From the NCBI GenBank assembly GCA_017453865.1, contig JAFTEC010000003.1, forward strand, positions 7,906-71,905: a DNA stretch of 64,000 bases, given 5' to 3'. Position numbers and translations under genes: made by a program. The DNA comes from Lachnospiraceae bacterium (GTDB lineage Bacteria; Bacillota; Clostridia; Lachnospirales; Lachnospiraceae). The notes below the pieces were generated by a model that was not told the origin of the DNA, ran no database searches, and worked only from the letters and a program-made list of their open reading frames with translations. Shown piece by piece: positions 52,261 to 61,137 of this stretch (positions are counted from its first letter, which is position 1; each line of letters opens with the position of its first letter).

Positions 52261-52431
52261 TCAGGCTGTGCGGTCTTCGCTTTTTTTGTTGAATTCCTTC
52301 TGAAAACGTTCAAACTCTGCTTTCTCGTCCTTCGAAGCAGGTCTGAAATTCTCACTTCCGCAGTCGGGACATCTCTCCACCAGTCCGACGCGGTCAAACA
52401 TAAACAGACATTTCTTGCAAGTGTAGACCAT
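52261..52431 (-). CDS. 56-aa zinc-ribbon small protein (not in ORF track)
   Basis: Translates to MVYTCKKCLFMFDRVGLVERCPDCGSENFRPASKDEKAEFERFQKEFNKKSEDRTA; two CxxC pairs; AGGAG RBS upstream. Confidence 0.8.
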   Translation of the reverse strand: MVYTCKKCLFMFDRVGLVERCPDCGSENFRPASKDEKAEFERFQKEFNKKSEDRTA

Positions 52432-52504
52432 TTCTCAAACTCTCCTGAAAACTCTTTGTTCTTCTGATTATAACACAGAGAAAGTCAATGATGAATAGAA
52501 AAAT

Positions 52505-53593
52505 TTAAAATACCACCTGGTTTCTTCCTCCGGTTTTTCCGAGATACAGCTTCTCGTCAGCGGAATTTATCACATCATCTATGGAATTATGGAAGTCATA
52601 TTCCTCAAGCCCGAAGGTCATGGTAAGCTTCATAGTGGTATCGTTATATTTAAATGCGGTCTGGGAGATCTTCGTCTTCAGATTATTAAGATGCATCGCG
52701 GCATCGTCGCCGTTCATGGTGGTGTAAACAAAGAGGAACTCCTCTCCGCCCCATCTCGCGACAAAGCCGTCATCTCCCATATCCTTCTCCAGTATTTCCG
52801 CCATTTGCAATAGTACCGCGTCACCGGCCTCATGTCCGTAGGTATCGTTCACCTTCTTAAAGAAATCAATATCCCCGATAGCGATATCCATATAGAAATC
52901 CACTTCCTTTGACTTTTTCAGGAGCTTTTCTATACGCTCCATTGCATCACGCCTGTTGGGGAGCTTTGTAAGGGTGTCGGTTTTTGCGAGCTTCTCTATC
53001 TTCTTATTATATTTGACAAGCTTTTCCTCCATTTCCATTGAGTCCCTGGAAAACAGATAGGCTATGACGAAGAAAAGAAGGAAGGTGGAGAAGGTGTTGA
53101 TTATATTGAGAAGATACATTGCGCTTCGTCCCACGGTGTACACAGGGGGATGAAGATGGATATAGAAATACAGAGCCAGCCTGAAAAGGCAGAGGAAGGC
53201 AGAAAAAACAGCCTTATAAATGAAATTACGGTAGGAGGTAAGGAGGGAAAAGAGCATCAGGGAGAAGATCATATGCTGATACGAGCAGTCCCAGCCCATT
53301 ATACCGATAAAGGCGGCAACCCAGCCCAGGGTAAGAAGCTCTATGAAATGCTGGGTAAGTATCGTGTAACCCTGATATGTCATGGAAAAGGCGGCCAGAT
53401 ATGCGAAGAGACACAACAGGCCTATCACAGCAGCCAGGGGATAACCGGTTACAAACAGAACTATTGTCTGTAACGTGAAAAAAACAGACAATAACAGAGA
53501 AGAACAGCGCATAATGACAGATGCTTTCTTCGTCTCGTTTTCATCTGCCACGTCCTTTAGTATGAAGTTCTTAAATTTCTGTACCGGCACCAT
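52505..53593 (-). CDS. Membrane-bound diguanylate cyclase (GGEEF)
   Basis: About six TMs, DTLTKLPNR, DIDFFKKVNDTYGH, RWGGEEF. The + strand reads TTAAAATACCACC at 52505 (reverse complement of V-V-F-stop), so the gene is on minus despite the track label. Confidence 0.93.
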   Translation of the reverse strand: MVPVQKFKNFILKDVADENETKKASVIMRCSSLLLSVFFTLQTIVLFVTGYPLAAVIGLLCLFAYLAAFSMTYQGYTILTQHFIELLTLGWVAAFIGIMGWDCSYQHMIFSLMLFSLLTSYRNFIYKAVFSAFLCLFRLALYFYIHLHPPVYTVGRSAMYLLNIINTFSTFLLFFVIAYLFSRDSMEMEEKLVKYNKKIEKLAKTDTLTKLPNRRDAMERIEKLLKKSKEVDFYMDIAIGDIDFFKKVNDTYGHEAGDAVLLQMAEILEKDMGDDGFVARWGGEEFLFVYTTMNGDDAAMHLNNLKTKISQTAFKYNDTTMKLTMTFGLEEYDFHNSIDDVINSADEKLYLGKTGGRNQVVF

Positions 53594-53724
53594 AAACTAT
53601 AATGATTTTCCCAAAATCCCTGTCTAAGAGTATAATACAAAAAACGTCAAAAATATATACATTTTTTCCTGTATTTGGGTTATGATGTATAGTACGTAAA
53701 CAGAATCCGGAGGTTTTATCTGCC

Positions 53725-54543
53725 GTGGAGCTTCAGCACGGATCATCGCATAAACTTAAGATCATAGCCTGTGATCTGGATGGGACCCTTTTACTTAACG
53801 GCAGCCAGGAGCTTACAAATGCTGCACCCGGGCTTATTCACCGCCTGACCGAAAGGGGGATCGTTTTTTTTGCGGCCAGCGGAAGGCAGTACGCGAATCT
53901 CCAGAGACTTTTTTCGCCTGTACGGCAGGAGATAGGATATATCTGCGAGAACGGCTGTTTAACCTTTATTGATGATGAGATGATAAGCCGTGAGGAAATG
54001 GAGGATTCCCTTGCCATCGAGATAATAGATGCGATCGAAGCGGTTCCCGATGCAGAGGTTCTTGTTTCCGGGGTGAATACGAGTATAATACCTGACAGGG
54101 ATCCCGAATACTACGAGCTTTTGAGATTTACCGTGAAAAATAACGTTACCCGGGTTAAGGATGTCAGGGTGAAAAGGGAGCCCTTCTTTAAAATTTCCGC
54201 TTATGTAAAAACCGGACTCACGGACGCGCATATCAGGAACTGGAAAAGCGCATTTGAAGGGAAATGCACGGTGGTTACGGGCGGTAATGAATGGCTGGAT
54301 TTCATGCCGCCGGGAGTGCATAAGGGTCTTGCACTGGGAAAGGTTCTTAAGCGCCTCGGTATCTCTCCGGAAAACCTGCTATGCTTCGGGGATAATGAAA
54401 ATGACAGGGAAATGCTGGAAATGGCGGGTTGTCCCATCACCATGGATACTGCGGTGGAGAGCGTTAAGGGGCTCGGAAGATATCATACCGATACCGTGGA
54501 GCACGCTCTGGAAAAAATACTTGACGGAGAACTGACATGGTAA
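53725..54543 (+). CDS. Cof-type HAD-IIB hydrolase
   Basis: DLDGTLL, ASGR, ENG, KG, FGDNENDREM; GGAGG RBS with GTG start. Confidence 0.92.
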   Translation: MELQHGSSHKLKIIACDLDGTLLLNGSQELTNAAPGLIHRLTERGIVFFAASGRQYANLQRLFSPVRQEIGYICENGCLTFIDDEMISREEMEDSLAIEIIDAIEAVPDAEVLVSGVNTSIIPDRDPEYYELLRFTVKNNVTRVKDVRVKREPFFKISAYVKTGLTDAHIRNWKSAFEGKCTVVTGGNEWLDFMPPGVHKGLALGKVLKRLGISPENLLCFGDNENDREMLEMAGCPITMDTAVESVKGLGRYHTDTVEHALEKILDGELTW

Positions 54544-55016
54544 AGAAAGCTGCGGTTATTTTAATGATCACTGCGCTGCTGTTTACGGTCACATCCTGCG
54601 GAAAAACAGGAAAGGACAGCATCGCGGAAAATGACAATCTTACGAGGATCCTCGGAACCGGTGCCGCAGGCATGGGCGGAAGCCGGGGAGACGCGGGGGT
54701 TGCGGATCTTCCCGATGTTAATACCGCAAATATGCGTTCAACTCCCGGAGAGGGCGTTGATTATTTCAAGCTGGTGGAGGGCACGACCACGGCTCTGGAC
54801 GCCGGAGACTACACCGTGGGAATGGCAGATAATATGTGCTCCGTAACCGTAATGGATGCGGACGGGAATGTTGTGGATTCGGTCAGCATAGCGGCTCAGG
54901 GAGACGGGGGAAATACTCCCCTGAAAGGTGCTGCGACAATATCTGTTCCCGAGGGAGGAACGGCGATTTCGGTAGGGGGGACCTGCATCGCGCAGAAGCA
55001 TGGGGCTAAGAAATAG
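54537..55016 (+). CDS. Lipoprotein of unknown function
   Basis: Signal peptide with lipobox VTSC; Gly-rich linker and beta-rich domain. Confidence 0.7.
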   Translation: MVKKAAVILMITALLFTVTSCGKTGKDSIAENDNLTRILGTGAAGMGGSRGDAGVADLPDVNTANMRSTPGEGVDYFKLVEGTTTALDAGDYTVGMADNMCSVTVMDADGNVVDSVSIAAQGDGGNTPLKGAATISVPEGGTAISVGGTCIAQKHGAKK

Positions 55017-55034
55017 CTTAAGGAGGAGCAGCAA

Positions 55035-55565
55035 ATGTCCGAAATAAAGAACCTGCGGACACTGACCATGGCATCATTTCTGGTTGCCATCGGTATTATA
55101 GCCGGTTTCTTCAAGGTTCCGATAAGCAACGTGATAGAGATACGTTTTTCCACCGTACCGCTGGCGGCAGCGGGGCTTTTATTCGGACCTGCCATAGCGG
55201 CGGTAACCGGGGCACTGACTGATATCGGAGGATATATAGTTAAGCCCACCGGTCCCTTTTTCCCGGGATTCACAATTTCAGGTATCGTGAGCGGTATTAT
55301 TTTCGGGTTGTTTCTTCACAACAGATCCGGCGCGGCCTACAGCCTGAAGAGGATTTGTGCGGCTGTCCTGGTAAATACGCTTATCGTGAACCTCCTCCTT
55401 AATTCCTTCTGGCTCACACTGCTCTACGGAAGCGGAGGCTTTGTGGCGGTGCTTTCGATGAGACTTATTAAAGAGCTGGTCATGATACCGGTAAATATAA
55501 TCATCATCGCTGCCATTGCCGGACCCGTAAACAGTCTGGCGAGAAAAAGCGCAGTATCACAGTAA
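55035..55565 (+). CDS. folT: Folate ECF transporter S component
   Basis: LFGP...TDI...PTGPFFPGFT, LNSFWL; adjacent to folC. Confidence 0.85.
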   Translation: MSEIKNLRTLTMASFLVAIGIIAGFFKVPISNVIEIRFSTVPLAAAGLLFGPAIAAVTGALTDIGGYIVKPTGPFFPGFTISGIVSGIIFGLFLHNRSGAAYSLKRICAAVLVNTLIVNLLLNSFWLTLLYGSGGFVAVLSMRLIKELVMIPVNIIIIAAIAGPVNSLARKSAVSQ

Positions 55566-55579
55566 TATATAGAAGGAGT

Positions 55580-55600
55580 GTAACTATTCAGAACAGTCAC
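55580..55600 (+). repeat. GTAACTATTCAG-family repeat, head-only copy
   Basis: GTAACTATTCAGAACAGTCAC, identical to the heads at 62033 and 30603 (reverse complement). Confidence 0.8.
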
Positions 55601-55614
55601 GAAGGAATACTATT

Positions 55615-57081
55615 ATGCAGGAAATGACATATGAACAGGCTGTGCAGTACTTAGACAGGGTGCCGAAGTTTTCACCCCGTTCAATAGCAAACGGTCAGGA
55701 ACCGTACAATCTGTCGGCCATATCCGAGCTTTTAAGCCGTCTCGGAAATCCCCAGGACCAGCTGAAATTCGTGCATATCGCGGGCACCAACGGCAAAGGC
55801 TCCACGGCGGCTTTTCTAAGCAGGATTCTTATGGAGAGCGGCTACAAGGTGGGGGTTTACTCTTCTCCGCACCTTACAGACTATACGGAGAGAATGCAGA
55901 TACTTAGCCCGGGAAAGGAGCCGGAATTTATCTCCGGCGATGATTTCGGCTTTCTCACGGGACTGGTAAAGGACCGCGCGGAGGATATGAAGCGGGACAG
56001 GATACAGTACCCTTCGGAATTTGAGATAATCACAGCCATGGCATTCCTCTACTTCCTGGAGCAGGAGGTGGATCTTGTAATCCTGGAAACGGGACTCGGG
56101 GGAAGGCTGGATGCCACAAATGTGATAAAGACCCCGGATCTTGCCGTCCTTACGACCATCAGCTACGATCACACCGAGATCCTTGGTGAGACCCTGGAGC
56201 AGATCGCCTACGAAAAGGCCGGAATAATTAAGGAAAACGGAGATATTATCATGTATCCCCAGACTCCGGAGGTGGAGGCGGTTTTTGAAAATGTCTGCAA
56301 TGAAAGAAAAGCCTGGCTTCACCGCACCATACTCCCTTCGAAGATAAACGAGATAAGCTTAAGGGGACAGACCTTCGATCTTCCGGGACAGAAGGACCTG
56401 GAGATCGCGCTTCCCGGTATCTATCAGGTGGGAAACGCATCCCTCGCCATAGGGGCGGCAAAGATACTTTATACCAGAGGCTACGAGGACATTACGGACG
56501 ACTCAATGAGACGGGGGCTTAAGAATACCCATATCCCGGGAAGATTCGAGCTTCTTCAGAGCGATCCTACGGTGATAGTTGACGGAAGCCACAATGAGGA
56601 GGGCGCAATGGTCCTCGCCCGAAGTCTGGAATCCCAGTTCGGGGAGGAGCAGAAGGTCATATTTATTATGGGAGTTCTGGCGGATAAGGAATATGACAGG
56701 ATGACGGCGGAGATCGCCCATCTTGCAAAGAAATTCTTCACGGTGACACCCGACTCCGACCGGGCACTTCCCGCCGCACAGCTTGCCCAGTTCATACATT
56801 CAGCAACGGGGCTTACCGCGACCCCCTGCAATTCCGTGCAGACCGCGGTCAGGATGGCACTGTCCCAGGCGGAGGAGGATGATGTGATATGCATTTTCGG
56901 CTCCTTCTACTATGTGGGAGAGGTACGGAGGCTCTTCAATGCCGACAGGAGCTCCGGGGGCGGAGACAGATCCGGAGGCGAGCCTGCGGGGAAGCGCACT
57001 GTTAATGAAAACAGGGCTGCCGCTGAAAAGAAGGAAGAGAAAAAGAAAAAGGGCGGTTTCTTTTCTTTCTTCAGAAGATGA
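55615..57081 (+). CDS. folC: Folylpolyglutamate synthase/dihydrofolate synthase
   Basis: HIAGTNGKGST, SPHL, ETGLGGRLDATN, DH..ILG, EKAGI, PGRFE, DGSHN. Confidence 0.95.
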   Translation: MQEMTYEQAVQYLDRVPKFSPRSIANGQEPYNLSAISELLSRLGNPQDQLKFVHIAGTNGKGSTAAFLSRILMESGYKVGVYSSPHLTDYTERMQILSPGKEPEFISGDDFGFLTGLVKDRAEDMKRDRIQYPSEFEIITAMAFLYFLEQEVDLVILETGLGGRLDATNVIKTPDLAVLTTISYDHTEILGETLEQIAYEKAGIIKENGDIIMYPQTPEVEAVFENVCNERKAWLHRTILPSKINEISLRGQTFDLPGQKDLEIALPGIYQVGNASLAIGAAKILYTRGYEDITDDSMRRGLKNTHIPGRFELLQSDPTVIVDGSHNEEGAMVLARSLESQFGEEQKVIFIMGVLADKEYDRMTAEIAHLAKKFFTVTPDSDRALPAAQLAQFIHSATGLTATPCNSVQTAVRMALSQAEEDDVICIFGSFYYVGEVRRLFNADRSSGGGDRSGGEPAGKRTVNENRAAAEKKEEKKKKGGFFSFFRR

Positions 57082-57083
57082 AT

Positions 57084-57104
57084 GTAACTCTTCAGAACAG
57101 TCGC
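57084..57104 (+). repeat. GTAACTATTCAG-family repeat, degenerate head-only copy
   Basis: GTAACTCTTCAGAACAGTCGC, 19/21 identical to the 55580 copy. Confidence 0.7.
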
Positions 57105-57159
57105 AGATAAATGTGGTATACTATGAGGAAATCAAAGTTTTAACTTAAGAGGAGGTACT

Positions 57160-58404
57160 ATGGGATTAATCAGAGCAATAGGCAATGCTGCGGGCAGTGT
57201 TCTTGCAGACCAGTGGAAGGAGTACTTTTACTGTGACTCCATTGACGAGACCATTCTGGTGGTAAAGGGAAAGAAAAGGACCAGCGAAAAGAGACAGTCT
57301 TCAAATACAAAGGGCGAAGACAATATCATTACCAACGGTTCGGTGATCGCAATTAACGAGGGTCAGTGTATGATCATCGTTGATCAGGGAAAGGTTGCCG
57401 AGGTTTGTGCGGAGCCCGGAGAATTCACATATGACGCTTCAACAGAGCCATCTATCTTCAGCGGCGGTCTGGGAAAGGGGATCGTGGATTCCTTTAAGAA
57501 TATCGGCAAGCGTTTCACCTTCGGCGGTGATGCTCCCAAGGATCAGAGGATCTATTTTGTAAATATCAAGGAGATCATCGGCAATAAGTACGGCACCGCA
57601 AATCCCGTACCCTTCCGTGTAGTGGATAATAATATAGGTCTTGACATCGATATCTCGGTCAAGTGCTTCGGAGAATACTCTTATAAGGTGGTCGATCCTG
57701 TTCTTTTCTACACAAATGTATGCGGAAACGTTACGGATGTTTATGAGAGAGAAGAGATCGACTCCCAGCTGAAGTCAGAGCTTCTGACGGCACTGCAGCC
57801 TGCCTTCGCGCAGATCTCCGCAAAGGGAGTGCGTTACAGTGAGGTTCCCGGACATACGAATGAAATCGCGGATGCATTAAATGAGATCCTTTCGAAGAAG
57901 TGGTCAGAGCACAGAGGCATCGCCATCGCTTCCTTCGGCGTTTCCTCCATAAAGGCGGACGAAGAAGACGAGAGGATGATCAAAGAGGCTCAGAGAAATG
58001 CCATCAACAGGAATCCCGGCATGGCAGCCGCAACCCTTGTGGGCGCTCAGGCCCAGGCTATGCAGGATGCCGCAAGGAACGAGGGCGCAGGCGGCGCGAT
58101 GTTCGGCTTTGCAGGCATGAACATGGCAGCAAATGCAGGCGGAATGAACGCCGGACAGCTCTTCCAGATGGCAGGTGCACAGGCACCCCAGGGCGCGGCA
58201 CCGGCAGCGGGAGCAGCTCCTGCGGCGGCAGCACCCGGCGGCTGGGTATGTCCTCAATGCAATACCCAGAACAGCGGCAAGTTCTGCACCAACTGTGGAA
58301 CACCCGCACCGGCACCCGCAGCATCGGCACAGTGGTTCTGCCCCGACTGCGGAACAAAGAATGAGGGCAAGTTCTGTACCAACTGCGGTCACCCGAAACC
58401 CTGA
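57160..58404 (+). CDS. SPFH-domain protein with C-terminal double zinc ribbons (YdjI-like)
   Basis: GS.I...EGQ...DQGK...PG, Ala/Gly/Met-rich linker, two copies of W.CP.C...N.GKFCTNCG; GAGGAGG RBS. Confidence 0.87.
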   Translation: MGLIRAIGNAAGSVLADQWKEYFYCDSIDETILVVKGKKRTSEKRQSSNTKGEDNIITNGSVIAINEGQCMIIVDQGKVAEVCAEPGEFTYDASTEPSIFSGGLGKGIVDSFKNIGKRFTFGGDAPKDQRIYFVNIKEIIGNKYGTANPVPFRVVDNNIGLDIDISVKCFGEYSYKVVDPVLFYTNVCGNVTDVYEREEIDSQLKSELLTALQPAFAQISAKGVRYSEVPGHTNEIADALNEILSKKWSEHRGIAIASFGVSSIKADEEDERMIKEAQRNAINRNPGMAAATLVGAQAQAMQDAARNEGAGGAMFGFAGMNMAANAGGMNAGQLFQMAGAQAPQGAAPAAGAAPAAAAPGGWVCPQCNTQNSGKFCTNCGTPAPAPAASAQWFCPDCGTKNEGKFCTNCGHPKP

Positions 58405-58446
58405 AGCAGCATACAGGCCGAAAAAGCACCGGAATATATTTAAGAA

Positions 58447-58475
58447 AAGGCTGTCCCTTTGCGGGCAGCCTTATT
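58447..58475 (+). terminator. Putative intrinsic terminator
   Basis: AAGGCTGTCCC-TTTGC-GGGCAGCCTT hairpin followed by ATT; weak U-tract. Confidence 0.5.
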
Positions 58476-58489
58476 ACGGAGGAAAAGAT

Positions 58490-59716
58490 ATGACCAGAGA
58501 AGCAGCGGAAAGGAAGCTTGCGGAGTACGGGCAGGAGCACGTACTAAAATACTTTGACGAGCTTGATAAGGAAGCACAGGAAAGGCTTTTGAGCCAGATA
58601 GAGGAGACGGATCTCAGTGTGCTGAAGCACATAGGTGATGCGGAAAAAGGCTTAAAAAGAGGGGTATTCTCACCCCTGAAGGTTATGCAGAGGGCGGAGA
58701 TCCTGTCCCGGGAGAAGGAATTCCATGACGAGGGCGTGAAGGTCATCCGTGAAGGAAAGACCGCTGCGCTGCTTCTTGCGGGAGGCATGGGAACAAGGCT
58801 GGGCTCAGACAATCCCAAGGGAATGTATGATATCGGAATAAATAAGCCTGTATACATCTTTCAGAGAATAATAGAGAATCTTCTGGATGTGGTGCATGAA
58901 ACCGACACCTGGATACATCTCTTCATTATGACGAGTGAAGCAAACCATGACGCCACCGTAAGCTTCCTTAAGGAAAAGAAGTTTTTCGGCTACAAGGAGG
59001 ATCGGGTCACATTCTTTAAGCAGAGTATGGCACCCGCCTGTGATCATAACGGGAAGCTCTATATGGAGGATAAGGGCAGGCTATTCACCTCTCCCAACGG
59101 AAACGGCGGCTGGTATTCGTCCATGGTACGAGCCGGTCTTGACAAGGTACTTTCCGATGAAGGCATAGAATGGATCGATCTTTTTGCCGTGGATAATATA
59201 CTTCAGCGGATCCTGGATCCCTGCTTCGTGGGAGCTACTGTTCTAGGCAGCGCATCAGTGGGGGCAAAGGTGGTAAAAAAGGCAGCCCCGGACGAAAAGA
59301 TCGGAGTAATGTGCCTGGAGGACGGAAGACCCTCAATAGTGGAGTACTATGATCTTTCGCAGGAGATGATGGATGAAAAGGATGAGAACGGAGATCCCGC
59401 GTATAATTTCGGTGTGATCCTTAACTACCTTTTCCATGTGAGTGAGCTTGACAGGGTAAGTGAAGACCGTATGCCTCTTCATGTGGTGGAGAAGAAGATC
59501 AAATATATGGCGGATGACGGAAGCATAGTCAAGCCGGACAAGCCTAACGGTTATAAATTCGAGCAGCTGGTCCTGGACATGATACACCAGCTTGACAGCT
59601 GTCTTCCCTATGAGGTCATAAGGGAGCATGAATTTGCACCCATAAAGAACGCTACAGGTGTGGACTCGGTAGAAAGCGCAAGAGAGCTGGCACTAAAAGA
59701 CGGAATAGAATTATGA
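58490..59716 (+). CDS. UDPGP type 1 family (eukaryote-like UDP-N-acetylhexosamine pyrophosphorylase)
   Basis: LLAGGMGTRLG...PKG, IMTS, SPNGNGG, VDN, VEY, KFE, EFAPIKN; start at MTREAA after GGAGG. Confidence 0.88.
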   Translation: MTREAAERKLAEYGQEHVLKYFDELDKEAQERLLSQIEETDLSVLKHIGDAEKGLKRGVFSPLKVMQRAEILSREKEFHDEGVKVIREGKTAALLLAGGMGTRLGSDNPKGMYDIGINKPVYIFQRIIENLLDVVHETDTWIHLFIMTSEANHDATVSFLKEKKFFGYKEDRVTFFKQSMAPACDHNGKLYMEDKGRLFTSPNGNGGWYSSMVRAGLDKVLSDEGIEWIDLFAVDNILQRILDPCFVGATVLGSASVGAKVVKKAAPDEKIGVMCLEDGRPSIVEYYDLSQEMMDEKDENGDPAYNFGVILNYLFHVSELDRVSEDRMPLHVVEKKIKYMADDGSIVKPDKPNGYKFEQLVLDMIHQLDSCLPYEVIREHEFAPIKNATGVDSVESARELALKDGIEL

Positions 59717-59718
59717 CC

Positions 59719-59749
59719 TGTCATTCCGACTGAAGCGAAGAAGCTTTAT
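59719..59749. repeat. TGTCATTCCG-type REP-like repeat
   Basis: 28/31 identity to 10772-10802; lies between convergent genes. Confidence 0.6.
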
Positions 59750-59752
59750 CTT

Positions 59753-60259
59753 TCACGAAAAGTATTCATTGAAAAGCTTCTGTATCCCGAAACGGAAGCA
59801 GAGGATCATTCCCAGGACCCCTCCCAGAGCCGCCTGGGCTATTTCGTAGGGAAGCTTTAGCATAGCGTACTCAAAGGTGCTGTAAACAAAGATCTTTCCG
59901 AGGGTATAGCCTGTTACCATGATCACACCGCCGACGATCACTCCCGTGAGCGCACCGGCGAAGCGATGGTTCGGCATGAATTTGTGTGAAAAAAGGGATA
60001 TTACCACCGCCTGAAGTCCGTGCGTGACCAAAGACACGAACATGGGCAGCGGGTAGAACAGCATGTCTCCGAGGAAGGAGCCGATACCACCCACCACAAA
60101 GGCTTCAAGGGGGTTTAAGAGGATGGCAGCGAGACAGATCACTGCATCGCAGAGATACAGGTGTCCGCCCGGAACCGGTATCCCGAAGGAGCTCATTGCA
60201 ATATTCATTGCAAGAAATAGTGCGGTTACGGTTATTCTTTTCGTTGTTATTGTATTCAT
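59753..60259 (-). CDS. ECF transporter S component (substrate unassigned)
   Basis: IPVPGGHLYLCD, GGIGSFLGD, multi-TM; start set at MNTITT (ATG 60259). Confidence 0.88.
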   Translation of the reverse strand: MNTITTKRITVTALFLAMNIAMSSFGIPVPGGHLYLCDAVICLAAILLNPLEAFVVGGIGSFLGDMLFYPLPMFVSLVTHGLQAVVISLFSHKFMPNHRFAGALTGVIVGGVIMVTGYTLGKIFVYSTFEYAMLKLPYEIAQAALGGVLGMILCFRFGIQKLFNEYFS

Positions 60260-60266
60260 GGCTGCA

Positions 60267-60295
60267 AATCTATCACAAAAGAAAATGATTGTAAA
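60267..60295 (-). promoter_or_regulatory. Sigma-A promoter predicted to give a leaderless mRNA
   Basis: TTTACA-17 bp-TAGATT with extended TG; 7 nt to the ATG; no SD sequence. Confidence 0.55.
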
Positions 60296-60351
60296 TAAGG
60301 TTTTTTCCGATAACAGACAATAGTTTGTATCTATAATTGAGGAGAACTTCT

Positions 60352-61137
60352 GTGATATTCGATACCCACTGTCATTATGATGATGAAAGATACGCTGAGG
60401 ACAGGGACAGCGTAATAGAGACTGCACGTTCGGAGGGGGTTTCGCACTTTGTGAACGTGTCCGCAGACAGGGCGTCGTTGGACGGGACCCTTAAGATCCT
60501 TAAGCGCTATCCCTTTGCCTACGGGGCTCTCGGGATACATCCCTCGGAGATCGAAGGGATCGATGAAGGGGTTATGGCGGAGATCGCCGAAAAAACACGA
60601 GGTAATAAGAGGATAGTGGCGATCGGCGAGATCGGCCTTGATTACTGGGAGGAGGGTCCGGACAGAAAGGATCAGGCCTTCTGGTTCAAGAGACAGCTGG
60701 AGCTTGCGAGGGAGCTCGATAAGCCGGTCATCATCCATTCAAGGGATGCGGTGCAGGATACCTACGATATACTGGATGAGTACCATGCCGAGGATATGGG
60801 CGGAGTCATACACTGCTTTTCCGCATCAAGGGAAATGGCGGAGAGGTATGTGAAGAAGGGCTTTTTCATCGGAATAGGCGGTGTTGTGACCTTCAAGAAT
60901 GCAAAAGCATTAAAGGAGGTGGCAGAAGCCATCCCTTTGGAAAATATAGTTCTGGAAACGGACTGTCCCTACCTCGCGCCCGTGCCCCACAGGGGAGAGC
61001 GGAATTACTCGGGATATCTGAAGCTTGTGGCTGAGAAGATAGCGGAATTAAAGGGCATATCAAAGGAAGAGGTCTGTGACGTGACATACCGGAATGCCTT
61101 AAGGCTATACCGCATAGAGGATAAAAATATTGGATAG
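60352..61137 (+). CDS. tatD: TatD family hydrolase
   Basis: DTHCH, GIHP, IGEIGLDY, IHSRDA, IHCFS, LETDCPYLAP; GTG start after GAGGAG. Confidence 0.93.
   Translation: MIFDTHCHYDDERYAEDRDSVIETARSEGVSHFVNVSADRASLDGTLKILKRYPFAYGALGIHPSEIEGIDEGVMAEIAEKTRGNKRIVAIGEIGLDYWEEGPDRKDQAFWFKRQLELARELDKPVIIHSRDAVQDTYDILDEYHAEDMGGVIHCFSASREMAERYVKKGFFIGIGGVVTFKNAKALKEVAEAIPLENIVLETDCPYLAPVPHRGERNYSGYLKLVAEKIAELKGISKEEVCDVTYRNALRLYRIEDKNIG

Noticed and set aside
52216-52467. 83-aa + strand ORF after the MarR gene
   Set aside because: Antisense to the better-supported zinc-ribbon ORF and has no motifs.
52505-53593. ORF track lists the GGDEF protein on the + strand
   Set aside because: The protein is read from the reverse complement (stop at 52505-52507, ATG at 53593); reported on minus.
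55017-55034. THF riboswitch before folT
   Set aside because: Only 18 bp separate folT from the upstream lipoprotein gene.
58175-58489. 105-aa N-terminal extension of the pyrophosphorylase
   Set aside because: Out-of-frame overlap with the SPFH gene and a terminator-like hairpin; a good RBS precedes ATG 58490.
60260-60427. N-terminal extension of the ECF S component ORF
   Set aside because: Overlaps divergent tatD and the promoter region; family-like sequence starts at 60259.
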